64,000 bases of DNA from an uncultured Planctomycetota bacterium (GTDB lineage Bacteria; Planctomycetota; Planctomycetia; Isosphaerales; Isosphaeraceae). Made by a program: the position numbers and the translations under genes. The stretch lies in the NCBI GenBank assembly GCA_963823665.1, contig CAWGMQ010000011.1, forward strand, positions 128,001 to 192,000. The letters are read 5' to 3'. Shown here piece by piece: positions 21,139 to 30,774 of the stretch; positions within the stretch are counted from its first letter, which is position 1, and each line of letters begins with the position of its first letter. The notes under the pieces are model-generated. The model ran no database searches. It saw only the letters and a program-made list of their open reading frames with translations, and was not told the DNA's origin.

Positions 21139-22665
21139 ATGCAAATCTGTTGTGTTTTTCGTGGCGTCCGACCGGGCTTTCCGATCGCGCTCGCGTTCAT
21201 CTGTTCAATCTTCTGCGTGCCGCCGGCGCGAGCTCAGAACGAGAAGCTCGGCCAATTTGAAGCGACCGGCGGCGTCGGGCGGATCGAGGTTCCCGGGAAG
21301 GTCGAATTCGACGCCGGGAAGGGAACGTACCGCGTGACCGGCAGCGGCGCGAACATGTGGTCCGCCGTCGATGCGTTTCAGTTTGTCTGGAAAAAAGTCT
21401 CGGGCGATCTGGAGCTTTCCGCCGCGATCGAATGGCTCGGCGAAGGGAAGAACGCTCACCGCAAGGCCGGGGCCTTGGTGCGGCAGGACCTACAAGCCGA
21501 TTCGCCCTACGTGGACGCTGTCGTGCACGGCGACGGGCTGATCTCGCTCCAGTTTCGCCGCGAGCGCGGCGGGCCAACGAGCGAGGTCAAAACCACGTTC
21601 AAGCCGCCCGCGGCGCTGAAGCTCGAGCGTAAGGGAAACGTTTTCAACCTTTCGGTGGCACCCAAGGGAGAGAGCTTTCACCCGGCGGGCTCGATCACCC
21701 TCGAGCTGCGCGGGGAGGTCTACGCCGGACTGGCCGTATGCTCTCACGAGGTGGACACTGCGGAAACCGCTATCTTCAGCGAGGTCCAGTTCAAGACCGA
21801 GCCGGCTGCCCCCGCGCAAACCCGCGTGCGCGAATCGACGCTGGAAACCGTGGCGATCGCGAGCGGCGTGCGCAGCATCATCTACCGGGCCAAGGAGCAT
21901 TTTGAAGCACCGAACTGGTCGCGCGACGGCAAGACGTTTTTCTATAACCGCGCGGGCAAGATCTACACGTTGCCTGTCTCGGGCGGCACGCCTGCGCTTC
22001 TGGATACCGGCGGTGCCGACCGCTGCAACAACGATCATGGGCTCTCGCCCGACGGCCGATGGCTGGCGATCAGCTACACCGACCCGGAGCTGCGGCAATC
22101 GGTCATCTCGGTTTTGTCGAGCCAGGGTGGAACACCCAAGCGGGTCACTCCCCTGGGACCCTCTTACTGGCATGGCTGGTCGCCCGACGGGCAAACTCTG
22201 GCGTATTGCGCCCAACGCAACGGCGAGTTCGACATTTACACCATCGCCGAACCCGCCGGCGAAGAGAAACGGCTCACAACAGCCAAAGGCCTGGATGACG
22301 GCCCCGACTATACGCCCGATGGCAAGCAGATCTATTTCAACTCGGAACGAACGGGTGTGATGAAAATATGGCGAATGAATTCCGACGGCACGAATCAGGA
22401 ACAAGTGACGTCAGACGAAGAATTCGCCGACTGGTTTCCCCATCCTTCACCGGACGGAAAGTGGCTGGTTCTTCTGTCGTACGAGAAGGATGTCACCGGT
22501 CATCCGGCCGACAAGGACGTTGTGCTGCGGATCATGCCGCTTTCGGGCGGAAAAGTGCGCGTGCTGGCGACCCTGTTCGGTGGCCAGGGGACGATCAATG
22601 TTCCCTCGTGGTCGCCGGACAGCAAGCACGTGGCGTTTGTGAGTTACCGGATGGTGGGGCGCTAA
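21139..22665 (+). CDS. TolB-like PD40 beta-propeller protein with N-terminal lectin-like domain
   Basis: Signal peptide ending [61 protein letters not shown]. Confidence 0.85.
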   Translation: MQICCVFRGVRPGFPIALAFICSIFCVPPARAQNEKLGQFEATGGVGRIEVPGKVEFDAGKGTYRVTGSGANMWSAVDAFQFVWKKVSGDLELSAAIEWLGEGKNAHRKAGALVRQDLQADSPYVDAVVHGDGLISLQFRRERGGPTSEVKTTFKPPAALKLERKGNVFNLSVAPKGESFHPAGSITLELRGEVYAGLAVCSHEVDTAETAIFSEVQFKTEPAAPAQTRVRESTLETVAIASGVRSIIYRAKEHFEAPNWSRDGKTFFYNRAGKIYTLPVSGGTPALLDTGGADRCNNDHGLSPDGRWLAISYTDPELRQSVISVLSSQGGTPKRVTPLGPSYWHGWSPDGQTLAYCAQRNGEFDIYTIAEPAGEEKRLTTAKGLDDGPDYTPDGKQIYFNSERTGVMKIWRMNSDGTNQEQVTSDEEFADWFPHPSPDGKWLVLLSYEKDVTGHPADKDVVLRIMPLSGGKVRVLATLFGGQGTINVPSWSPDSKHVAFVSYRMVGR

Positions 22666-22669
22666 GGGT

Positions 22670-24106
22670 TCAGCATAGCAGGCGTGTGAGGACCTGGGCC
22701 GGATGCACGTCCGTCAGTCGCTCGTCGCGGCCCTGGTGCGCGAACGTGAGGCGGTGGAAATCGAGGCCGAGGAGGTGCAGGATCGTGGCGTGCAAGTCGG
22801 AGACGTGGCAGCGATCGGTGACGGCGTGATAGCCGAAGTCGTCGGTGGCGCCGTAGGTCTGCCCACCCTTGATTCCGCCGCCGGCGAGCCACACGGAGAA
22901 GCCGTAGGGGTGGTGATCGCGGCCGTCCTTGCCCTGGGCGCCGGGGGTTCGGCCGAACTCGCCGCCCCAGACGACAAGCGTTTGTTCGAGAAGTCCGCGC
23001 TGTTTCAAGTCTGTCAGCAGCCCGGCAACGGGCAGATCGGTTTGTTCGCAGCACGAGCGCGTGCCCGCTGCGTTGTTGGCGTGTGTGTCCCACGGCTGGC
23101 CGGCCATGAAAAGCTGGACGAACCGAACACCGCGCTCGACCAGCCGCCTGGCCATAAGGCAACGTGATCCATAAGACTTCGTGACCGGACTGTCCAGGCC
23201 GTAGAGCGCCTGCGTCGCCCGTGATTCCTGCGACAGGTCGAGCGCATCGGTGGCCGAGAGCTGCATGCGGGCTGCCAGCTCGAAGCTGGCGATCCGAGCG
23301 TCGAGGTCGAGCTCTTCGGGGTGGCGCGACTTGTGCTCGGCGTTGAGCTGCGAGAGCAACTCGAGCCGGCCGCGCTCGACATCGGGAGGGCGAGGCGTGC
23401 GCGGCTTGAGGTTCAAGACCGGCAATCCTTCGGCGCGGAACGGCGTGCCCTGGTAAACCGGCGGCAGCCAGCCGCTTGACCAGTTGCGGATGCCGTCGAC
23501 CGGAAGGCCCTTTGAATCGGGCAGAACGACGTAGGCGGGAAGATCCTGGTTCTCGGTGCCCAGGCCGTAGGCAACCCAGGCCGGCAAGCCTGGCCGGCCG
23601 GCGATCGTCAAGCCGGTGTGCATCGCCCAGATCGCTTGCTCGTGGTTGCGATGCATCGTGAACATCGAGCGGACGACGGCGATCTGGTCGGCATGTCGGG
23701 CGATGTGCGGGACCGTTTCCGAGAATTCGAGCCCCGAGCCGCCGTGCCTGGCAAATCGATACGGGCTCTTGAGCAGGTTGCCGGTGAGCTTCTCGTCGTC
23801 GGCAACTTCCTTCGGCGGCGGCTGGCCGTCGTGCTTGGCGAGCATCGGCTTGGGGTCGAGCAGATCGACATGGCTGGGGCCACCGTGCATGAAGAGCTGG
23901 ATGACGGATTTGGCCCGCGCGGGCAGGTGCGGAGGGCGCGGCAGAACGTCATACACCGCGCGAACCGACGAAGGCGACTCAGCCCGCAGCCGTTCCTCAC
24001 CCAGGAGTGCAGCCAGGACCATCCCGCCGAAGCCGCCACCCAGGCGCGACAATGCTTCGCGGCGGGTCGGGCAGTGCGTTGCTAACTGTTGCGCTTGCTC
24101 GGTCAT
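22670..24106 (-). CDS. DUF1501 domain protein (Tat-like RR leader)
   Basis: TRREAL..GGGFG; AKSVIQLFMHGGPSHVDLLDPKP; CLMARRLVERGVRFVQ; WDTH; GEFGRTP; GRDHH; DLHATILHLLG. Confidence 0.92.
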   Translation of the reverse strand: MTEQAQQLATHCPTRREALSRLGGGFGGMVLAALLGEERLRAESPSSVRAVYDVLPRPPHLPARAKSVIQLFMHGGPSHVDLLDPKPMLAKHDGQPPPKEVADDEKLTGNLLKSPYRFARHGGSGLEFSETVPHIARHADQIAVVRSMFTMHRNHEQAIWAMHTGLTIAGRPGLPAWVAYGLGTENQDLPAYVVLPDSKGLPVDGIRNWSSGWLPPVYQGTPFRAEGLPVLNLKPRTPRPPDVERGRLELLSQLNAEHKSRHPEELDLDARIASFELAARMQLSATDALDLSQESRATQALYGLDSPVTKSYGSRCLMARRLVERGVRFVQLFMAGQPWDTHANNAAGTRSCCEQTDLPVAGLLTDLKQRGLLEQTLVVWGGEFGRTPGAQGKDGRDHHPYGFSVWLAGGGIKGGQTYGATDDFGYHAVTDRCHVSDLHATILHLLGLDFHRLTFAHQGRDERLTDVHPAQVLTRLLC

Positions 24107-24135
24107 CGGAGCACCCCGGTTCGGTTCACTACCGA

Positions 24136-26772
24136 TCAATCCACGTAAGCAAATTCGTTCGAGCTCAGGAGCATGTGGCAGAGATCCTCGAGTGCGCGCT
24201 GCCGGGCGCGCTCGAGATCCAGCGTCGCAGCACCAGGAGATCGAGCGTGGCGGCTCGACTGGACGGCGAGAAAGTTTTCGAGCGCGGCGCGCTCAGCCTC
24301 GGAAGATTGGCGGCCCAGTGCGAGCTGGACGGCTCGGCCGGACGGGTCGGAGCGCGTCTCGCGCTCGAGCCGCGTTGCGAACGCCCGTGCGATCGATGTC
24401 AACGTATCGCAGTTGAGCAGGTTGAGCGCCTGAGAGGCAATGGTCGAAACACCCCGGCGGGTGCAGTTCGTTTCCATGACCGGCTGGTCGAACGACTGGA
24501 GGAGCGTGAGCGGTTGCGAACGTCGGACTTTCATGTAGATCGACCGGCGATGGCCGGACGGGTGATCGGGCGCGACGACTTCACCGTCGGGCCGGACCAC
24601 GAAGGGCACGGGGGGGCCGAATAACCGCGTGTTCAGAAGGCCGGAGACCGCGAGCATCGCATCGCGGAGGGGCTCGCCCTCGAGCCGTCGCATCCGCTGA
24701 CGCCAGAGCAAGCGCACGGCGGGATCGACCTGCTTCGCCCTGGCGTGGGCCGGCGAATTTGGGTCGACTCGGCTCGATTGACGATAGGCTGTCGAGGTCA
24801 AGATGAGCCGGTGCATCGCCTTGATGCTCCAGCCGCGCGCGACGAACTCGCACGCCAGCCAGTCGAGCAGTTCGGGATGAGAGGGGGCTGCACCGGCGAT
24901 CCCGAAGTTGTCGGGTGTGGCGACCAACCCCTCACCGAAGTGCAGCAACCAGATCCGGTTGACCATCACGCGCGAAGTCAGGGGATGGCCGGGCTGCGTG
25001 AGCCATTTTGCGAAGGCGAGCCGGCGGCCGCTGGTCTTTGCGTTCTTCGCGGGGCTCGACCAGGCAAACGGCTGCGGTGCGGCGATCGCTTGAAGCGTGC
25101 CTGGGCCGACTTCGCGGCCGGGCGTGGTGTAGTCGCCGCGCTTGAGGATCGGTGTCGTCGGCTCACCTGGCAGGTCGTAGAAGGCGCGGATCTCGGGAAA
25201 TGTGCGCCGCCCGGCTTGGGCTTCGGCGATTTTGGAAGTGATCGTAGCGGCCTGAGTCTTGTAGTCGGGATAGAGTGTGGAGAGTGCGGCGGAAAGCCTG
25301 GGCTCGGCGGGTTTGAGGCGATCGGCGAACTTGGCGTTCAGGTACTTCTGGACCTCCGTCTGCTTGGCGGGGTCGGTCGCGAGGGCTTTGCGAGTGTCTT
25401 CGCGAATCGGCTCGGGAAGCTGCGCCAGACGGTCGGTGAGCAGTCGTCCGGAGAACGTCTCCTTGAGGGATTGAGCCTTCTTCGCCAGCTCGGCGACCGA
25501 TGAGTCGATCCGGGCGTTGTGCGCTTTGGCTTCGGCTTCTTGTGCCGCCGTGGCTTCGAACAGCTTGCGCTCGACCTGCGGCACCCACTGCGCGGGGCGA
25601 TAGCCGCTCATGAAGATCGCCTGAACCCGGTAGTACTCTTCCTGAGGAATCGGGTCGTACTTATGCGAGTGGCATTTGGCGCACTGAAGCGTGAGCCCGA
25701 GCGTGGACGACGCGACGATTTTCAGCGTGTCTTCGAGCGTCTGGTAGTAGTATCCAGGGGCGTTCTTGATTTGCTTGAAGTCGGGGCGGCTGGTGTCCGA
25801 AGCGCAGCGAAGGTAGCCGGTGGCAACGAGCGCCTCGACTTGATCGGGATTGAGCTGCTTCTCGGCGCGGAAGACGGACGGATAGTCAATGACTTCGTCG
25901 CCCGCGATCTGAAGTTCGAGGAAGCGGTCGTAGGGCAGATCGGCATTGAACGCGCGGATCACGAAATCACGATATCGCCACGCGCACGATCGCTCGTAGT
26001 CGGCGTCGAGGATTCCTTCGGAATCGGCGTAACCGGCCAGGTCGAGCCAGTGTCGTCCCCATCGCTCGCCGTAATGCGGCGAAGCCAGGAGCGCATCAAT
26101 GAGCCGCTCCCACGCGTCCGGGCGATTGTCGCTCAGGAAGGCTTCGGTTTGCTCGGGTGACGGAGGTAGCCCCCAGAGGTCGAAATACGCTCGGCGCACG
26201 AGCGCGGGCCGGTCCGCCTCGGGCGAGAAAGATAAGCCGTTCGTTTCCAGCCGCGCGAGTAGAAAGCGGTCGACAGCGTTCCGGGCTTGCCCGGGATTGT
26301 GCACGCTCGGGACGGGCGGGCGCGCGGGGGGCTGGAAGGCCCAGAAGCTCGATGCGGCAGAATTCGTCGCGCCGCTCTGGCCGGGAGCACCGGCGTCGAT
26401 CCACCGCCTGACGATGGCGATCTCATCCCCGGTCAGCTTCGGATTCTTGCCGGGGGGCATGTTCCCGGACACCACTTGCTCGATGACAAGGCTTTCGCCG
26501 CTCTTGCCGGGAACGATCGCTTTGCCCGTATCGCCGCCCTGAGTCATCGACGCGACCGTGCGAAGATCGAGCCCACCCTTACGCGCTTCGGCACCGTGGC
26601 ACTTGATGCAATGGTCTCGCAAGATCGGCGCGACGTCTTTACCGAACTGCGGCGCCTGTGCCCGAGCGATCGTGAGGCTCGGCGACGCGAGCCAAACGCA
26701 CGCGACGGCGCAGATGCAATGGCGCAGCCCGGCCATCCGCTGTTTGTTGCACTTTCGTTCAACAATTCTCAT
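24136..26772 (-). CDS. PSD1 and planctomycete cytochrome c domain protein (PSCyt1, DUF1549, DUF1553)
   Basis: CIKCH; WAFQPP; SPHYGERWGRHWLDLAGYADS; CAKCHSHKYDPI; RVMVNRIWLLHFG; PSHPELLDWLA; NEFAYVD. Start uncertain (26835, 26772 or 26736). Confidence 0.92.
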   Translation of the reverse strand: MRIVERKCNKQRMAGLRHCICAVACVWLASPSLTIARAQAPQFGKDVAPILRDHCIKCHGAEARKGGLDLRTVASMTQGGDTGKAIVPGKSGESLVIEQVVSGNMPPGKNPKLTGDEIAIVRRWIDAGAPGQSGATNSAASSFWAFQPPARPPVPSVHNPGQARNAVDRFLLARLETNGLSFSPEADRPALVRRAYFDLWGLPPSPEQTEAFLSDNRPDAWERLIDALLASPHYGERWGRHWLDLAGYADSEGILDADYERSCAWRYRDFVIRAFNADLPYDRFLELQIAGDEVIDYPSVFRAEKQLNPDQVEALVATGYLRCASDTSRPDFKQIKNAPGYYYQTLEDTLKIVASSTLGLTLQCAKCHSHKYDPIPQEEYYRVQAIFMSGYRPAQWVPQVERKLFEATAAQEAEAKAHNARIDSSVAELAKKAQSLKETFSGRLLTDRLAQLPEPIREDTRKALATDPAKQTEVQKYLNAKFADRLKPAEPRLSAALSTLYPDYKTQAATITSKIAEAQAGRRTFPEIRAFYDLPGEPTTPILKRGDYTTPGREVGPGTLQAIAAPQPFAWSSPAKNAKTSGRRLAFAKWLTQPGHPLTSRVMVNRIWLLHFGEGLVATPDNFGIAGAAPSHPELLDWLACEFVARGWSIKAMHRLILTSTAYRQSSRVDPNSPAHARAKQVDPAVRLLWRQRMRRLEGEPLRDAMLAVSGLLNTRLFGPPVPFVVRPDGEVVAPDHPSGHRRSIYMKVRRSQPLTLLQSFDQPVMETNCTRRGVSTIASQALNLLNCDTLTSIARAFATRLERETRSDPSGRAVQLALGRQSSEAERAALENFLAVQSSRHARSPGAATLDLERARQRALEDLCHMLLSSNEFAYVD

Positions 26773-26840
26773 GCGATCGATGTTATCACGGGCGGGATTC
26801 GCGGGGTAGCGGGATTGGCGGGGACGGCAGCGCAAGAGGT

Positions 26841-28745
26841 CTATCTTGCGGCCGCCGCAGGGACGTTAACCTGGCCGTCAAACGGCTCGGACACGGGAAG
26901 CACGAAGGTGTAATCGTGGACAAGCAGCCCCGTGGTGCCGACCATGAAGTCGCGGTTCTCGGCGACCGTCAAGTTAAAGACCATCTGGGTTGCGTCGCGC
27001 TCGATCGAGTCGACGGTGGCGAGACCGCCCACTGTGCGGAGGCGATCGCCCGCCTTCAGGTCGCGCGCCATGGTCCAGCCCTTGCCGGCCTTCCAGAAGC
27101 GGTGGATGCCGGTGGCGACGATGGTTTCGCTGCCGATCGCGAGGCGGAAGGTTTCCGCGGGGCCGGTCTTGTGGGTGACCAGCACGGGCTGATAAGACAG
27201 CGCGCCGGTCGTTGTGTGTTGTGACAGGACGCGGTCACCGACGGCGATCGATTCGATCTTGCGCGGGCCGATCAGGGTCTGCACCAAGGTGCCCGCGGCG
27301 AAGCAGGAAGGGCTGAAGATGATGGCAGGGAGATTCACGGCAAGATCCGGGAGCTCCACATCACTGACGTAGGTCGGCTTGGTTTCGGCATACCGATCGT
27401 CGTAGACGTAGCCAAGCTGGTCCGTCCACCACTTTTGCCAGAGCTGCGGATCCGCCGGCATTTTCTGGGCCGTGAGCGTTTCCAGAAGCGCCAGCAGCCG
27501 GCCGTTGATTTCGTTGATCTGCGCGTTCGCTTCTTCGATCGCTTGGATATCGTCCTCGATTGTCCGTTCGACGAGGAGGTTGGCTCGCCCGGTCGCTGCG
27601 AGGCCATCGGCCACCATGAAGCCCCATTGAGAGGCCAGCAACCGGTTGGTGAGAACAACCTGTTCGACGACAGCGGGCATCGCCATCATATTGGCGTGTA
27701 CTTTGCCAGAGCCGGCAGTCATGTTCAGGTCGGGCGAGCGATAGAGCCTCTGGAGGTCGAATTGTTCGCCGTCGACCAACAAGGCGGACGTCGAGCCCGG
27801 CCCCGTACCTCTCTTGAGCTCGTACTTAAACGGCTTGTGGAGCCGGTTGATCATCCAGCCGATTGTGTCGCGCGGATCACGGAACGTAACCGCCCGGGCC
27901 GCGCGGCTGCGAACTTCGCTCGACGGCTTGTCGATGGCGAGCACGAGCAGGCAGAACGATGCCCCGGGGCCTTCAATCTGCGAGAAAAGCTCAACCGCGA
28001 CGAGCTGCGCTTTCTCGCTGCCATTGGCGAAGACCTTCCAGATCATCGGAACTGCGCGGGGATCCGTCACCTGATAGAGTTCTTTCTCCGCCTTCAAGCG
28101 CCGCGTCTCGATGGTGCTTTCCACCGCTTCGCGCAGTTTTTCGAGGCGCGGCTTCCACTCTTTATCGGAGCGTTTCTGGCGATCGGCTTCGAGCTTCTGA
28201 GCTGCGAGCTGATCGGGCTTCATCCAGTGGTCGTGAACCCTCTTGAACCCAAGGCGGATCCATGCGACATCTCGCGACGGATCGAGGCGGGTCACCGCGA
28301 AGTAGTGGGCGCGAGATTCGTCCTTCAGGCCGTTGTCGATGCACCAGGCGGCGAGGCGCAACTGGGCATCGACGTTTTTCTGGGGTGTGCGGACGCGGCG
28401 ATCGAGGTATTCGCGGAAGATGGTTTGGGATTTCGAGTCGCTCTCGATCTCTCGCTCGACCTGGTCGGGCTTCACCCATCGTCCCTGGACGGCCACGAGG
28501 CCGAGCAAGCCGCGAGCGAGCAGATTGGCCGGGGCGAGGGAAACCGCGAGGTTCAAATGTTTGACACGCTCGGCCGTCATGCCGTGAGCTTCGCACCAGA
28601 GGGCGAGCTGAACGTGAGCGGCGGGGTTCTTGGCGGCCTTGGCGGCGGCGGCCTCGTAGGCGGCGCGATCCGTTGCGCTGGCGGTCTCGGTGGGTTTGCC
28701 ACCATCCCCCAGCATGACACAACAGAGCAGGATTACTTGAATCAT
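26841..28745 (-). CDS. Hint-domain protein, copy 9 (last transcribed)
   Basis: MIQVILLCC; ALWCEAH; LAAWC; W..WW; Hint from SCFAAGTLV via TGIHRFW to LLVHD (26913-27305); 23-aa tail. Confidence 0.92.
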   Translation of the reverse strand: MIQVILLCCVMLGDGGKPTETASATDRAAYEAAAAKAAKNPAAHVQLALWCEAHGMTAERVKHLNLAVSLAPANLLARGLLGLVAVQGRWVKPDQVEREIESDSKSQTIFREYLDRRVRTPQKNVDAQLRLAAWCIDNGLKDESRAHYFAVTRLDPSRDVAWIRLGFKRVHDHWMKPDQLAAQKLEADRQKRSDKEWKPRLEKLREAVESTIETRRLKAEKELYQVTDPRAVPMIWKVFANGSEKAQLVAVELFSQIEGPGASFCLLVLAIDKPSSEVRSRAARAVTFRDPRDTIGWMINRLHKPFKYELKRGTGPGSTSALLVDGEQFDLQRLYRSPDLNMTAGSGKVHANMMAMPAVVEQVVLTNRLLASQWGFMVADGLAATGRANLLVERTIEDDIQAIEEANAQINEINGRLLALLETLTAQKMPADPQLWQKWWTDQLGYVYDDRYAETKPTYVSDVELPDLAVNLPAIIFSPSCFAAGTLVQTLIGPRKIESIAVGDRVLSQHTTTGALSYQPVLVTHKTGPAETFRLAIGSETIVATGIHRFWKAGKGWTMARDLKAGDRLRTVGGLATVDSIERDATQMVFNLTVAENRDFMVGTTGLLVHDYTFVLPVSEPFDGQVNVPAAAAR

Positions 28746-28800
28746 GGATTCAGCTCCCGGGGAAGTTCCTGTTTGTCAACTGGGTGCGCCGGCGATCGTG

Positions 28801-30717
28801 TCAGCGGGGCACCGTCTGCGCCGCTGTGGCTGGGTGGTCGAACGGCTGGGAAACCGGCAGGACGAAACTGACGTCGTGAACCAGGCAACCGGCGTTTCCT
28901 ATCAGGAAGTCGCGATTCTCGGCCACGTTCAGGTTATACACACTCTGGGTGGCGTCGGGCTCGATCGATTGAACGGTTGTGGTGCCGGCGATTGCACGAA
29001 GACGATCACCTGGCTTCAAGTCGCGCGCCATGATCCATCCCTTGCCGGCCTTCCAGAATCGATGGATTCCCGTGGTGACGATAATCTCGCCGTCAATCGC
29101 GAGCCGGAACGTTTCCGCGCCGTTTCGTACGGTGGTATTGAGAACGGGCTGGAAAGAGAGGGCTCCGGTCGATGTGTCCTGAGAGAGCACGCGGTCGCCG
29201 ATGCTGAGCGACTCAATTTTCTTCAGACCGCCCGAGGTGTGCACCAAGGTGCCCGCTGCGAAGCAGGACATCTTGTAGTAGGACACCATCGGCAGAATAA
29301 CGGACACATCAGGGGCTTCCACCGTGTCGGTGTACAGGGGCTTGTTCTGATCCGACGGGTCGTTGTATGAGAGGCCGAGCTGCTCACCCCACCACTGTCG
29401 CCATGCCCCGGGAAGTTCTCCAAGCTTTTCGCCAGTCAGAGATTCGAGAAGAGCGAACGCGCGGCCGTTGGTCTCGTTGATTTGCGCGTTGGCGTCATCG
29501 ATCGTCCGGACGTCTTCTTCAAGCGATTGCCGGATGGTGTCATTTCGCGCCTGGCTTTGCGCAATCGCATCGGCGATCAGATTGGGCCATAGCGCTCTCA
29601 GCATGCGGTCCATGGGGATCGCCGCGCGCATCTGGCGCGCCGATTCCGCGGCCATGTTGTGCGATATCATGGCCGACATCAGCGGCACGAAGTTGAAATT
29701 CACGTCGGAGTAACGATAAAACCGCCTGCGGTCGAATTTCTCGCCGTCGACCAGCAGAGTGGCCGTCGAGCCACCACCGGCTCCTTCAATGACCTCGTAC
29801 TTGTAGGGTTTGCGGAGCAGGCTCGTGAGCCAGCCGATGACTTCGCGAGGATCGCGATACTTGAGCGCTCGGCCGGCGTGCGAACGCACTTCGCTCGAGG
29901 GACTATTGATCGCCAGTGCGAGGATGCAATACGACGCCCCTGGCCCGTCGATCTGCGAGAAAAGCTCGATCGCGACAAGCTGCATTTTCTCATTTCCGCC
30001 GCCGAAGACTTTCCAGATCGATGGGACAGCGCGGGGGTCGGTGATCTGGTAGAGTTCCTTCTCGGCTTTCAATCGCCGCGATTCCGTCGGGCTTGCAAGC
30101 GCGTCTCGAAGCTTTTCGAGCCGCGGCTTCCACAGTGAGTCGGCGCGTTTCTGGTGTTCGGCTTCGAGCTTCTGGGTGGCCAGGTCCTCAGGCTTCGACC
30201 AGCGGTCGTGTTGCTTTTTGTAGCCCAATTTCACCCAGGCGATATCTCGTGATGGGTCGAGACGAGTGACCAGGTGGTAGTGGGCAATGGCCTCGTCCTT
30301 GAGTCCGTTCTCAAGGCACCAGGCGGCGAGTCGCAACTGGGCGTCGACGTTTTTTTGAGGTGTGTGCACGCGGCGATCGAGGTACTCGCGGTAGAGGGCG
30401 TCGAACTTCGGGTCGGCGTGGATTTCCTTCTCGACCTGGTCGGGTTTGGCCCATTTGCCCTGGAAGGCCATCAGGCCCAAGAGGGCACGGGCGAGCGCAT
30501 TTGAAGGGTCGAGAGACGACGCGATGGTCAGGTGCTTGATTCGCTCGGAGGAGAGGCCGTGGGTTTCGCACCAGAGTGCCAACTTGACGTGTGCGGCCGC
30601 GCTCTTGCCGGCTTTGGCGGCGGCGGCTTCGTAGGCGGCTCGATCGCTGGGGCTCGGGTCGGCGGGTTTGTTGCCGTCAGTGAGGATGGCACAGCAGAGC
30701 AGGATGACGTGGACCAT
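28801..30717 (-). CDS. Hint-domain protein, copy 8
   Basis: Same architecture; MSCFAAGTLV...CLVHD. Confidence 0.92.
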   Translation of the reverse strand: MVHVILLCCAILTDGNKPADPSPSDRAAYEAAAAKAGKSAAAHVKLALWCETHGLSSERIKHLTIASSLDPSNALARALLGLMAFQGKWAKPDQVEKEIHADPKFDALYREYLDRRVHTPQKNVDAQLRLAAWCLENGLKDEAIAHYHLVTRLDPSRDIAWVKLGYKKQHDRWSKPEDLATQKLEAEHQKRADSLWKPRLEKLRDALASPTESRRLKAEKELYQITDPRAVPSIWKVFGGGNEKMQLVAIELFSQIDGPGASYCILALAINSPSSEVRSHAGRALKYRDPREVIGWLTSLLRKPYKYEVIEGAGGGSTATLLVDGEKFDRRRFYRYSDVNFNFVPLMSAMISHNMAAESARQMRAAIPMDRMLRALWPNLIADAIAQSQARNDTIRQSLEEDVRTIDDANAQINETNGRAFALLESLTGEKLGELPGAWRQWWGEQLGLSYNDPSDQNKPLYTDTVEAPDVSVILPMVSYYKMSCFAAGTLVHTSGGLKKIESLSIGDRVLSQDTSTGALSFQPVLNTTVRNGAETFRLAIDGEIIVTTGIHRFWKAGKGWIMARDLKPGDRLRAIAGTTTVQSIEPDATQSVYNLNVAENRDFLIGNAGCLVHDVSFVLPVSQPFDHPATAAQTVPR

Positions 30718-30774
30718 GAGTTTCTCACTTCGGGTTCTGAGGGTGACCCTGACGCGAACACGCCCGCGATTAGA

